A DNA stretch of 49,337 nt, the filler included, from Catajapyx aquilonaris (taxonomy: Eukaryota): NCBI GenBank assembly GCA_000934665.2. It is 2 parts of 2 records of this genome, joined end to end, with 100 filler letters (N's around TTAATTAATTAA, not from the genome) between each part and the next. Parts side by side here need not be neighbours in the genome. Positions count along the whole stretch, not along the records: positions 1 to 24,615 come from JYFJ02005478.1; positions 24,716 to 49,337 come from JYFJ02005479.1. One strand, written 5' to 3'. The stretch's first letter is position 1. Every line of letters starts with the position of its first letter. Below the pieces are notes generated by a model, which had not been told where the DNA came from, ran no database searches, and saw only the letters and a list, made by a program, of their open reading frames with translations. The position numbers were made by a program, and so were the translations under genes. This document shows positions 21,554 through 33,925 of this stretch, one piece after another.

Positions 21554-24500
21554 GCACTATACCACCGAGCTCTGTAGAACCTTTTCACTATGTAAATTTG
21601 TTTTGAACTGGCCCATAAATGGTTTGCTGAATGGCTTCATTTCTCTGCCTGAACGCTATAGCTGGAAATACTTGTTATGCAATGCAGAGCAACATTCTGC
21701 TCTATTATGCGCAGTAACACTAGGTAGTTCATGGACAGCTTACATTGGAAGATAATTTTGGCTTGAGATTATCAGTAACTTTAATCAACGTACACATTGT
21801 GCATCTGTTGTTTTGAAGGGCATTTTGGTGACTTGAACTGTTGAAGTTAACTCGTTTAAAGGTAGAGTATCCTCCTTGGTGATATTCAGGCAGAGGGTCT
21901 ATTCCGGGAGATTCTCATGTGAGCCTGCATAATTCATGGCTGCCGCATTTGGACTAGACCTATGTGGCCCACATTTAACTGTTTCTGCCTAATGAAGGCC
22001 TATGTTTGGGAAGGCGGCATACTTCTGTCCTCCCATGAGATGAAGATCTTATAGGCGCCATGTCTCGGAAAATTTGATGAGTAAGGGCAAAAATGTGAAT
22101 TGAAACTGCAGCACTACAGTATACATTGGGATGATGTACCATTTTGGGACAAATGCTATTGTTGTGGATTGTTAAAATTTTAAAAAGGCCATGTTTCTCA
22201 ATGAATGTGGTTTGATGACACGATTATTTCCTGCCATGCATTGTTGCCTATGAAAAAGTTTATGGTTGCCAGCAATGAAAATGAGGATTGATTCCTCAGT
22301 TGACAGTGCATACCATTGGTGATGAAACCTGCCCAAATTATTTAGTTATGGTCCAGTGCAATGCTTTTCAGCGCAGCAGATATGGTCATGCCCTCACAAT
22401 ACCATTTATATTCTGTGTTAAGCTATTAATCACAAAGGCGGATTTTATAGTTATGTAGCCTATGCCATATGCATCCCATTTTAATAAAATGTAGTTGTTA
22501 ATTTGGAAGGTACGTTTGTCGAGGAAAATGACTAACATGCGCGTATAAAAAATGAGAGGCAGTTTTTGAATGAGTAATTTTCCATCGGAGGCTATATATG
22601 AAATGGCTCATCCAACTTGGCTGCGCACATTTAATGTGGCGGTCCATGTCCTGGCAAACTTCAACCAGCACGCATTTTCCCGGCTGCAATATACTCCATT
22701 GAAAGTTTAAACGCCAACTGTCTGCACATTCACGAGGCTATATTGCCGGAAACATCATCGCCAACAGTTTTGCGAATTTACCTGCGGGCTGGAATAATAG
22801 ATGACGTGCGGCTCGTAATTATTGTATGCCCAGTCTAGACAAACTGCAGTAATGAAGCCCCGTAGTTACGTTTGACGGCTGCCGCTATATTTTGTAGCAT
22901 ACATATTCGGAAAGATAGATGCCAGCTGACACATACGCATTTCGAAGGGGAGAGAGAGAGAAAAAAAAAATAATGTCCTTCCCATTTGATTCGTCTATTT
23001 CCACATCCTCCACGTAAGATATTAAGATGGAGGAGAGATACTGCATGACGGATGAGTGGGCAGGTAAATTTGTTTCCGTGATGCAAATTAGTTATTGTTG
23101 GACTGTTGTAGGGGAAGAGGAAGTCGGTTTGTAGCTGTCGAGGTAGCCTTCATGCATAAAGGACCATGCTGCATTTTTTTTCCATTCCTTCTTTTATAAC
23201 ATGAGCACGTATTTTCTCCCCTCCTCCACTTTAAAAAATTGTACGACATGCGCACGTGTTTCCGTAACACCCGTTCCCTCCCGGAAAAAAAAGCTTCTTT
23301 CGTAATAAGAAAGGAGTAATGGGCATGTAAGCCGGGCGACATCTTGAATGTTGTATCGGTTTTTAATCCCTTAATTAATCCCATAATTACACGGTTTCAG
23401 AAATACAAAGAGGCTTAGGATGTCTAGTTCACGGGGGAGGCGTGATTAGACTAATAATTACGGTTGGCAGGGAATTGTGAGTGCCCCCCCCCCTACCCCT
23501 CTCTCCGTATTTCCCTCCCCTTTTACCGACTGTGAGAGAGAGGATGGCCAAAAGGAGACAGAGGTGACTGTCAATGAGGAAAGGTGCTTTTTGGGATGGA
23601 GGCCAACAATCCCTCGGTGGGGAAACAGAAAGACCTGTTTGATGCCAAGCATGACTCGGGCTGTAAGTGGCTGTGTTATTAATGACGGGAGGTGGGGTGT
23701 GACAACTATAGGTTTTTTTATTTTTATTTTCGAAGACCAAATTTCGATGGAAGAATATTTTTAGACTTGGGGTAGGGAGGGATATGTGTATCGTTTCAAG
23801 AGAGTAAATGCTAAACGTTCGGTTTCTATATAAGGTGAGGTGTGTCGATGGTCTGAAACCAGACGTGGTTTTTAGTTAGGGTGTGCGGAACACTGACGGA
23901 AATGTTAACTTTCGTTATGGTAGTTTTGACCATCACAAGGGCAATATTCGGACACTTCGACGTGCTTTTCTTATGGGAGTGTGTCCGCAATAATATTGTG
24001 GCCATCGTACAATTTAAATCACTCCATAAATGGAATACGACCCATTTACCTGCATTTATTGTAAAAAGTTTCGGGTTTACATATCCTCAGTAAATCATCA
24101 GTACTTTTCACACCGCATTATTACCATGCGCCAGTGCTGGTGGTTGTATCGCGCCAGGATACCCGTAGCCCAAACTTTGACAGCCACGGGCTGATTGCAC
24201 CACTGGAGATATAGGTGGTATGTAAAGGATGTTATTCATTGCTGGCAATAATGGAAAATTAAAAAAACGTTTATTAAACGTGACGTAAGCAGCCAGTTGG
24301 GCCAAGTGACCAATATTGGTACCAATGGCTGGTGCTAATTAAGTGTGAAATAAGTACCCAATTTCACAGAGCTAATTCCAAATAATTATCCGGTGCATGT
24401 TCGTCGCAGGAATTTTTTTCTGTTGTACAACCGCGTGGCCCAGGCTGTATTACACGATATCGCCCGTTTTTTTCCCCCTCACTCGTCTCGATCCCAGAGA

Positions 24501-24615
24501 AAGGTGGGTGGAAGGTACAAGGGGCTGGGCCCATTTTTATTTTCCCCGACAACACCAACGTGACAACGCCCTCTTGTTGTTTGGTTGCTTCTCTCCTCCT
24601 CCCCCTCTTCTTTCT

Positions 24616-24715
24616 NNNNNNNNNNNNNNNNNNNNNNNNNNNNNNNNNNNNNNNNNNNNTTAATTAATTAANNNNNNNNNNNNNNNNNNNNNNNNNNNNN
24701 NNNNNNNNNNNNNNN
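24616..24715. other. Assembly gap: 44 N + TTAATTAATTAA + 44 N (artificial six-frame stop linker)
   Basis: Exactly 100 nt and symmetric; the 12-mer has stop codons in all six frames. Confidence 0.95.
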
Positions 24716-26214
24716 TACATGTACCAGCATTGTTTCTTCGAGAAAGCCAGCGATACCGGGGACTAATTTTGCGGCGGCTCACCCCCTCGGGCGTATGTAT
24801 ATCCGAAAAGGTTCAGACTTATGCGAATCGGAGAGTATAGTAAGGATGAAAGTCGTATGCACACACTGCACTATGAGTCAGAGGGGATTAGTGAAGGGGA
24901 TGCATGCGAATTTCACCCTTATTAGTTTTGCAGTTAGGGTGTTTTACCTTGGGAAGGCAGTAAATTTGTAAATATTTTCAATCAGATAACGGATACACCT
25001 GTCAGAAGGTCATCGACAAGAAAAGAATCTGGTTCTTTTAACACATCAGCCGGCATTTACGGCGATTGATATCACCTTTCGGATGTTAGGGGTACATGAC
25101 ACCTGCCAGTGTCTGACTGACACTCTAGTAGTACAAGATGTGTGGATAATTCTGATTTACGTAAACGTCGAATAGCTGTCTGATAAATTGCAATCAAAAG
25201 TTTCGTACCGTTGCTTTTAAAAATAGGCCATCGATTGAGAGTTGCTTGTGTTTGTTTTTAAAACGAAAGCCCTACTTTCAGTTCTGTTTTTCACTGACTC
25301 AAACTGGAGGATTTTGTTTTCCGATAAAAACTCTTTGTAGTGTAGATTTTTTTTTTCATTATCGCGGTGTGTAGGCCTATTTTTACACAAGTCGTGGTTA
25401 TAATACACGAGTTTTTAAAACTATGCTATACTATCCATCAACCATTGCAGAGGCTTAGTTGGAACAGGAGTATCATCTTCGTTGTGTATGCAAGACGTTA
25501 CTGTCAGGTAGCACGGGGTAGTCGCTTCTGAAGGCGCCATTGCAGAGGAAGGAAGAAGGAGGTACTGTATACGAAGAAGAAGGGATGCGCACCAAATATG
25601 GCATGTTATGCCATAGCGCCCATAGGGGGGGTGCTGGGTGTAGAAAACTTTGACTATATAAAAAGTACTAGGTTCCCGTTTTATCGGATAACCTATTGGA
25701 AAAGATGGAATATTTCTTGTTGGCTGGAATTTATGATCTGTTTCTATCACGTTGATTGTAAAATTTTATCGACATACTCGTGGAGAAATATTTACTTGTG
25801 GCACAACAGAAGAGAATGATGTGGGGTGCATTTGGAATACCCTGATATGGCGGGTTCAATGAAGGTATACCGGTACTGATTTTTCGTTTATATGCAGCTT
25901 GTAGGATCCTATACCGCATGTTTGGAAATGATATGGCGTGTCAAATATTTTATGAAAATTTACGGAATAACTTTTGTTCAAACCAATAAAACAAAGTTAT
26001 AATTATGTAATTACCCTGGGGAGAGAAAATCGTTATGCAACATTATTAGGGCGCCAAGAACTTCTCTAATTAGTGTAACATCATGATAGATTTTCCGATA
26101 TCTTGAATATTCTAAGTATACATGTGTTTATATAACATCCATAGCTGATTCATATTTAACAGAAAACTGATCTAATTATTATGTATTTTGTTAGGTGAAA
26201 TTATACCAGTCGTA

Positions 26215-26457
26215 TATATGTTAGGCTCAAACCCCGAAAACGGCAATTGGGCGAAAAAAAACGTCCAAACTGCAGAATGCTCTATGCCAAACAATCCATT
26301 CCGCAGAATGGATGGAGCATTCTGCAGAATTGACGATTTAAAACGTTCAGACTGCAGAATGCGGAATGGATGGTTTGGCATAGAGCATTCTGCAGTATAT
26401 GGACGGGTTTTTTTTTTTCGCCCAATGGCCGTTTTCGGGGTTTGAGCCTAACATATA
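26215..26457. mobile_element. MITE with long (about 90 bp) near-perfect terminal inverted repeats
   Basis: TATATGTTAGGCTCAAACCCCGAAAACGGC...GCCAAAC.ATCCATTCCGCA is mirrored at the right end; TA at both ends. Confidence 0.85.
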
Positions 26458-26517
26458 CTCTGAATAATCTGCTTTCAAATTAGTCTATGCTCTCTCACAC
26501 AATAATATTATTATATA

Positions 26518-26592
26518 TAACAAAATATTTTGTGGGCCAGTAGCGTCACATACACCATATACGTGACTACTGCCCCACAAAATATTTTGTTA
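26518..26592. repeat. 75-nt hairpin (inverted repeat)
   Basis: TAACAAAATATTTTGTGGG[C/G]CAGTAG arms (26 bp, one mismatch), extended by GTCAC/GTGAC. Confidence 0.8.
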
Positions 26593-27295
26593 CAAGGAAG
26601 ATCAGCTCGTTTTAGCCACTTATGGTCCAAATACGTGTAAGTAGATCTGGCAGGTTCAAAACTATGGCAGATGAAGTCCCTGGAAACAATTTTGCTTTGT
26701 CCTTTTGATGTTCAAGCACATTACCTGAAAACAGCAACCCCCGGAGAAGGTAGAGCCGTAGGGTTGGATTTATATTCGTTGTCTCTGCATACCACGGGAC
26801 ATTTACAGTGCCGTTATACATTCGGTCTCACAATCAGAAGCACGCTTCCGCTGGCTCAGCGAATCCTCATCTTACTTCATAAAGCTCGAGTAGAACCAGA
26901 CCGATGACAAATCCCATTGTATCTGGTTCGATCAGATGGGCGGAGATGTTCGATCAATGAGCCACCTTGTTTTTGCTTAATGAGGCTTTGGAGTCAAGAG
27001 GGAGAGAGAAGACCCAAATGAAATGAGGAGGAGGCTGGGACCGTTAGTTCCACCAAGTTGAACCCACTTCCAATATATATAAAAAAAGGAATACAAAATC
27101 TCATAATGTTTCAACTATTTCGAAGCACCTTACAGTTTTTGGTGCATACCCCTTCATACCCTATAATGTATAGAGCTGGAGGGCCAGGGAGTGGGTAGGG
27201 GGTGGCTGAGCAGCAAGCTTGGAGCTTCTCTGGGCGAGGCCATGCACCCAGGCCCAGCTGCATCGATCCAGCAGCCAGAACTGATCTCGGGGAAA

Positions 27296-27298
<3 letters not shown>

Positions 27299-27354
<56 letters not shown>
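27299..27354 (+). repeat. (GA)28 microsatellite
   Basis: Read directly. Confidence 0.97.
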
Positions 27355-27361
<7 letters not shown>

Positions 27362-27923
27362 GAAAGGGGAAAAGGAAGGGTATATAGGCCTATATATATA
27401 GAGAGGCAAGAGAACCACTAGGGGAGAAGGGGAGGGGAAAAAAGAGCCAGATCTGTAGCATTATAGCACTGGGGGGGATCCGCCCTACTAGACATTTGGG
27501 CAACCCGACCAACACGTGTGAAAACAGAAGACAGGAGATGGGGAGAAAGTTGGACTTGGAGGAGTTGTGGACAGATCTGCGACAGCCGTTGGGTTCACAC
27601 TGGGACAGGAAATTAGTTTGGGACATGGTGTCGGAGGCGAGGTGGTCATATCACCTGAGTTGTATTGTGGCCAAAGTAGAGATGACAGACAGTTACATGG
27701 GTTGCTAATAGACTTGAAATCAGGGAGAAGCATCAAAAAGGGATGGAACTGATGAGGTGTGGAAGTATGGCAGCTAGGAGGTTATGAAATTCGGATAGAC
27801 CGTGGGGTATGACACGATATAACCAATAACTGCTGAGAACTGAGGGGTCATGATTGTTTCTCCTGACCACTTGCACGTGACCATTGTCATCGAATTTTAT
27901 GTTTGTTTTCAAATGTCTGTGAG

Positions 27924-27964
27924 AAGAAAAGTTCTAGGACATTAAATGTCCTAGAACTTTTCTT
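27924..27964. repeat. Perfect 41-bp palindrome (20-bp arms, 1-nt spacer)
   Basis: AAGAAAAGTTCTAGGACATT-A-AATGTCCTAGAACTTTTCTT. Confidence 0.92.
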
Positions 27965-28083
27965 GTAGTAAAATAAATTCTCCAGCAAGAACTAGTTTTC
28001 TAAACGTTGTGTATATGAATTTTTTCATACTACACAACGTTTAGAAAACCAGTTCTTGCTGCAGAATTTATTTTACTAGAAGA
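27961..28083. repeat. Long hairpin with arms of about 58 bp
   Basis: TAGTAAAATAAATTCT.CAGCAAGAACT.GTTTTCTAAACGTTGTGTA-TATGAA is mirrored around a T4 loop with few mismatches. Confidence 0.9.
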
Positions 28084-28114
28084 TAATTTTTTATGCATAC
28101 CCGGTATACTATTG

Positions 28115-28346
28115 TGCACTGCCCAAGTTCCCAGTTCAAAAGGTGTTAGGTGGAGAAGTTATGGGTTACATACTCCATAAGTAATCAGTTTAAAAAGAAG
28201 TAAGAATATTATAACAAGATAGTGACTTTCCCTTAACCATCCGTTAACCATCCGGGTTATTTCTTTTTAAGCTGGTTGCTAAGTCAAATCCATAACTTTT
28301 TCCTATATATACATCCATCATGAACTGTTATGACTTGGGAAGTGCA
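28115..28346. mobile_element. Old degenerate MITE / foldback element
   Basis: Three nested inverted blocks: TGCACT.CCCAAGT...CAGTTCA, AAGTTATGGG, and AG.AA.CAG.TTAAAAAGAA.TAA. Confidence 0.55.
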
Positions 28347-30354
28347 TAACCCTGTTTGATTAATACATTAAACAAAATGTGCATATTGGAAGCGAATATA
28401 TTCTGCGAATTACATGTAAGCAATAAATAACGGTCGTTCTATAATATTATCTGCTCATTATCAGTTATTAATGTGGCGTTTAACGTATTTTACATTTTCC
28501 CATACAAATACCGCCTACATATTCAGGCAGCCTGTACAGCACAGGGTCACCATGACCTATACACCCACTGCTATGAGCAGTGGGCAATAAACAGCAACGC
28601 CCTCCGAGGTGCCTCAGGAACTTTTCAAGTTATTTCCACAGGTCCGTCTCATAAAACTAAAAAATCAAGCCCACCCACTACTTGGAGGGTTGGGCAGACA
28701 TACGAGACTTGAAGAGGTGTGAGGATCTAAAGTCCAAACTATCCAAATGTCCATTGTGAAAGAACCTAGTTGGTCATGGGCACGACCAGCAGCACTCCTA
28801 GGTCACGTTTTTGTTATGAGAATTTATCTTGCATTGAATAAGTCGAATATTATCACTGTTGAACATCAGCCTCCTGCTGATCCTGCTGCGTAATATGTGT
28901 CACAGGTTTATACAATATGTGCCTGAGGCAAGGTCTGAACAAAGTTTGAGACAAGAGAGTATACGTCCCTGGTGATTGTGACTGAAATGATTGCTTTGGA
29001 ATGCTGCTCCTCATTTGGCTCTCTAGTGTCATTAGATGGTGCTTAAGGCAGTTCAGGTAGAGTTGGAGGATAAATAATATTTTGTACGTTATTTGAAACT
29101 CGGAAATGAAGATTTTGTGTACACCATCTGGCGAGGTCAAACACACTGTAAATGCCAATTATGACGTAAATTATTACCAAAATATTGTAAGATTTAAAAA
29201 AACTGGCCACACCCACGGCGCCATCATGTGTTTTTGTATCAATCTGTTGAATTGTGCTCATGTGAATGCACAACACACAAGATAAGCATCCACACGGTTT
29301 AGGAAAAAAAAGCCGTAAATGTACAATGTAAAAGTGAAACTTTGAAATTATTTCATCCACCCACTAATATTAAAAATACACCCAAGCTATAACATCCCTG
29401 CCATAAAAATACCAACAATGATTCAAAAAAAACAAAACATATATACGATAAGAATAATTAAAAAGCGGAAGCACAGCATGAAGTTGTGATCCAGAACACT
29501 TTGTTGGTATGAAACGCTTGACAACCCATAGAGACTCGTATAATAATATTTTCCTCAAGTGGAGCTAATCTACACAGGATGGATGACCGCCCCCAAAGGG
29601 GTTGAAACGACAGATGAAGAGTATGGACAACAATAAGTCTTTCACACAACCAATCCCACACAACCATTAAACAGAACTCATACGAAAAATAAATCGTGCT
29701 TGTTGCTTGGAATTTGCGCTTTGATGAAGAGATAATAGGGATAGTCGCATTGTGGCGACAGTTGGTTAGGATGCATTTTTTTTAGCTGGTGGAACTAGAG
29801 GGGTTCTTGTCATGGACGTAGAACAGATGGCCAGCGTTTCTATAACTCCCCCAGGTAAAAATATGGTCCATGAAAAATAATATTTAGTGCAAGAGTAATG
29901 GGATAGTGACACTCAAAAGCAGGAAGGGATCGGATTTAGATTCATAACTTCCAGTGATTACTTCGACCCACGCAACTTGCAAGTCACTACCTTTTTTTAT
30001 TATTATTCAGGGCGTGTGTACATATATCGACAATACAGAGGGACTCCAATGTTGAATTTTAGTTGATAAGCTGTCATGCACCTGGACGAGTTTTTTTAAC
30101 GTCTCCGAGGTGAGATCGATGCACTCAGATATTAAACCAGGGAAGAATGGACAAAAGCATGGGGCTTGATCCCCCTTTATTCAAAGCTTTCTGGCAGGGT
30201 TGTCATTGCGTGCTTGTGGCAGGGGTGTCCAACAAGACTGCTTCATCCTGGATAGCTGTCAATGCTCACCTGTTATCTATAGGAGTGCAATTGGGTACCC
30301 CACGAATTTCATGTAAGGTACGGTACAAATGTTTCGCATTGTTTAGAAAACGTA

Positions 30355-30614
30355 CATTGCTGGACATTAATTCCGTCATACTGCTAGCCACATTTTCCGA
30401 TGCGTCAGTGATAGAGTGCGAGCCGTGCGAGTGAGAAATGGTAGCCCTTGGGTGACGTCACTGGCTGGGGACAAGCCTTTTTTCCATTACCCCCCAGCCG
30501 GTGACGTCACTCAAGGCCTACCTCTTCTTACTCGCACGGCTCACACTTCGATATGCACTTCTGCCGCATCAGAAAATGTCGCAAGCAGTATGACGCGATT
30601 AATGTCCAACACTG
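30355..30614. mobile_element. Tc1/mariner-type MITE (260 bp, TA target site), copy 1
   Basis: TA|CATTGCTGGACATTAAT ... ATTAATGTCCAACACTG|TA. Extensive internal inverted symmetry; homologous copy at 41624-41909. Confidence 0.88.
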
Positions 30615-32435
30615 TACTGTACACGACTATACCATCAGAAAATAGGCAAATATCGACTGTCACTTCTCTATAGGTAACACATAATCTCTGTTTTGCATTG
30701 TGAAAAAGTGCAGGCAAATGCTGCAAAATTCCGCATCCTTTACTATACCCCAGCCCTCTCTATAGCCCCCTCCAAAAAACCAACATATTAATCACACAGG
30801 ACTTGAAAATGACAGGCGACATGAGGCTAGCGGGCGCAAAAACCCTGTCAGTGTGGCATCGTACAACATGGTCTGAACATTCGACAAATGTGTTTCACTA
30901 GAAGGAACACGTTCCAATGTCAGGCCCGTTATGAGCCAGACAACTACACGAGTTCGAAATCACTTGGCTTTACGTGTGGGCAGTGACGAATTGCGCCCAG
31001 GGCAAGACTTCACACTCTGGGTGACACGACCTGTCTTGTTCTGGCAAGGGCGACGTGCGTGCCCTCCGAAACGAGGCGCGCGTGCTGAATTGCGGGGTCA
31101 AATTTGCCATCTGAATGGCAATATCGATGCTGCCAGTCATCTCAAAATGTGCGTTTTGGGCATCCCCCCCTCCTTCGAAAGCTATGCTGTCAGGAGCTAT
31201 GGCTGCTGGCAATTCAAGGAATAAGGCTGTTATCTACAAGAGCCGAGGTGGTTGGCGCTGTCAGGCTGTCGTGACGGCCAGATTTGTCAGAGATCGTCAG
31301 CCCAGCACAAGTAGCAGCGATTCCATTTTTGAAAATCAGCTGTCGTCTCAAGTGTATGATCAAAAACCGAGCCCGACATGGGGTCAAAAATTAAATTCAG
31401 CTCATACATAATATTAATAATAAGCCTCAAAAAACTTGTGGTTAATTTCAAGCTGTACTGAATATTGATACTATCGGTTCTTCTATTCCGATACCCATAA
31501 TTATTTACCATTGATTCAACCCACTCAATGGAAACTTCTCCCCTCCACGAAACTGGTTCATCTCGCACTATTTGCAAAGGAAATTAAGGTCGTCGAAGCA
31601 AATGTAAAGCTCCCTTCCTATAGTGATACCCTGATGAGATGCACAAGTTAGACGACATTTATCAGCCGACGCAAGAGCTCTCTGCCGCGATTGCCCACAC
31701 TAATAATTCCCTTGGCCAATTCCAGGGTGCGATGCGACTAAATAAAAAAGCCGGATTAAAAATTGAGAGAGAGAGGGGGGGGGGGGGAAAGGTTAATTCA
31801 TGCAAAGTTGGGAAAAGGACCCTAGGCATGAAAGACGTTGAATCCGGCCAGTGGATTTTCTTGCCTGTTTCCCCTAGGCTATCAAATGACCAAGTGGAGT
31901 AGGTGGAGGCTATAAAACCCGAGCTGTACGTAAATTAGTCCCCAAAGTAAACTGCGCCACTTTAGTTAATATTCTTCGGTAAAGACGTTTGCACTTCCCT
32001 CCCCCCTCTGGACCCCTGAACACCTCTATTATGCCATAAGTCACAAGTCATTTCATTATGGTTGGTTGTAGTCCGGTTGGAAGGGGGAAAAAAACCTGTT
32101 TATCTAAAGTTATATCCACTAAGGGGGGTGTATGTGTATGTGAGTGGCCAATGAAGGGAGGACAAAAAAAATGCAAACATGCCAGGTCGTTAATCTTGGG
32201 CGGTTTTTGTATGAGGAGTTGGGGTGGGATGTGGTGGGGGAATAGGAAAAATATATGCCTTTTACCTCCCCCCCATACCCTCCGCCTAATAATTGTCTCC
32301 TAAGTAAGCACATTGTTGGGTTTACAGAGCATTAGGTGGGATGATTCAAGCGTGAGGTAGCAGATGATTACTTTATATTACTTACCTTTGGTGTCAAACA
32401 TACAAATTGATGGTTCTTTCTACAATAAGGATATG

Positions 32436-32502
32436 CGTGTATCCGCTGAAGGACGGGCGTGTATCCGCTGTAGGATAGGTATGTATCCGCCGGGAAGGAA
32501 AG
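32436..32502 (-). mobile_element. Fragment of the tandem-repeat-containing element at 45432-45622
   Basis: Three TGTATCCGC units at 22-nt period (32438, 32460, 32482), the reverse complement of the GCGGATACA units at 45507-45557. Confidence 0.55.
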
Positions 32503-33192
32503 TTTTGTACAGCATGGGTCTCCCAATATGAAAGTTTTTCCTCCAAAAAATCACCTGGCCAGAAAAGTTTATTATTAATTGTCAATATGATTAACAATTA
32601 TGGAGTTTTTTCCAGCCAACTTTTCTGGAGGCTGTGCAACCAATACGTGACCAAGATATGACCTGGAGCTTTGTACAATTAGTGTATGGTACTGGACTAA
32701 TTGTGTACCAGAGAGCTGGTTTAAGAAAAAGACATCCTGAGGAGTGATGACTTCATAGTTACATGAGAAGTGCATTGTTATTATTAGACCTCGCTTCCCA
32801 CATGACACTAACTGGGGGAAGAGGAAGAAAAAAAAGATACAAAATAATAATTGCAAACTGTATCCTGGAGAAGTTTGGATCCCGTCGGGCATATCGATTG
32901 GATCGAGACTTTTTCTCTCTCTTGGACTCCTGTTAGAAACGATTTCTCTCTCTCCTTCTCTCTCCCCAGAACGCTATTATAGGCCTATATTCGGGACTCT
33001 TGATGATAATTCAAAGAATTTGGTCGGGAAGTTTCTACGGAGGTTCCCGAGGATTTGACAAAAAAAATCCGTTGTAAATGTGATTTTGGGGCCATTACTG
33101 ACGAGTCAGTTGTAATCCACTACTATACCTAATTCAATTTTATTGCCAAATTGGCTACCATTAGAACCAGGAAATGATCTGAACAATGTGAA

Positions 33193-33196
<4 letters not shown>

Positions 33197-33256
<60 letters not shown>
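33197..33256 (+). repeat. (AAT)20 microsatellite
   Basis: Read directly. Confidence 0.97.
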
Positions 33257-33903
33257 TCATACTCAAATATTACCCATAATAAAATAATGTCATTGGAGGG
33301 GGTCGAGTGGAATTAGCTGTATTTGAGAGATTGCGTGAGTGTCACTGATAAACTAAAAGGCTGGTCGATAATCCGAGCGATATGAATCACCATAATCTCA
33401 TATCTGGGACATGGATGCAAAGAGTCGTCGTCAATTTTCCGTTCAGGGAAAGGAGTGGTAAAAAAAAACGGGCTCGACAGAGTCGGGCCTTGGTTTTAGG
33501 TGTAGGATTTTGCCTTGCTAAACAAGTTGAGATAAGTGCAAATTTGCAGTAAGCTTTATGTGCTCTAGTCCTAATCCTGCGGTTTTGACTTCATAATATC
33601 CATCCTCGATGCTGTATCTTGAAGCCAAGAAAAGTATTGATCCGAATTTATATGTTGGGGGTGCAATTCAAAGCGTGGTTCATTCTTTTAGAGAGGAGCT
33701 TTCGTTGTATTTTTAATAAATAGGATTTGGTTTTTGGTATTTATGCTAGTTTATGTTGTTTTGTTGTTTATTGGCTAGCATATCCAGGAGCATTTTTTTT
33801 GAAACTCCGAAATTCATTGTTATTCATTACCACTGTTTCTCAGCTATGGTGGTGGGCATGAGGTGTCATGTAATTCGTGAAAGCAACTCAATAAACTGCC
33901 TTA

Positions 33904-33925
33904 GGCCCGGTTGTACAACCGGGTC
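33904..33925. mobile_element. 22-bp collapsed PIF/Harbinger-like element (fused TIRs)
   Basis: TTA|GGCCCGGTTGTACAACCGGGTC|TTA: a near-perfect palindrome with a 3-bp TTA duplication. Confidence 0.5.

Noticed and set aside
24660..24671. TTAATTAATTAA as a homeodomain site or piggyBac target
   Set aside because: Centred exactly in a 100-nt N gap; an assembly linker.
27161..27421. ORFs with poly-RE / poly-SL
   Set aside because: Translations of the (GA)28 microsatellite.
27496..27840. Faint resemblance to an LTR-retrotransposon RNase H (RWSYHL...MTDS; YEIRIDRG)
   Set aside because: Needs several frameshifts and stops; too weak without a profile search.
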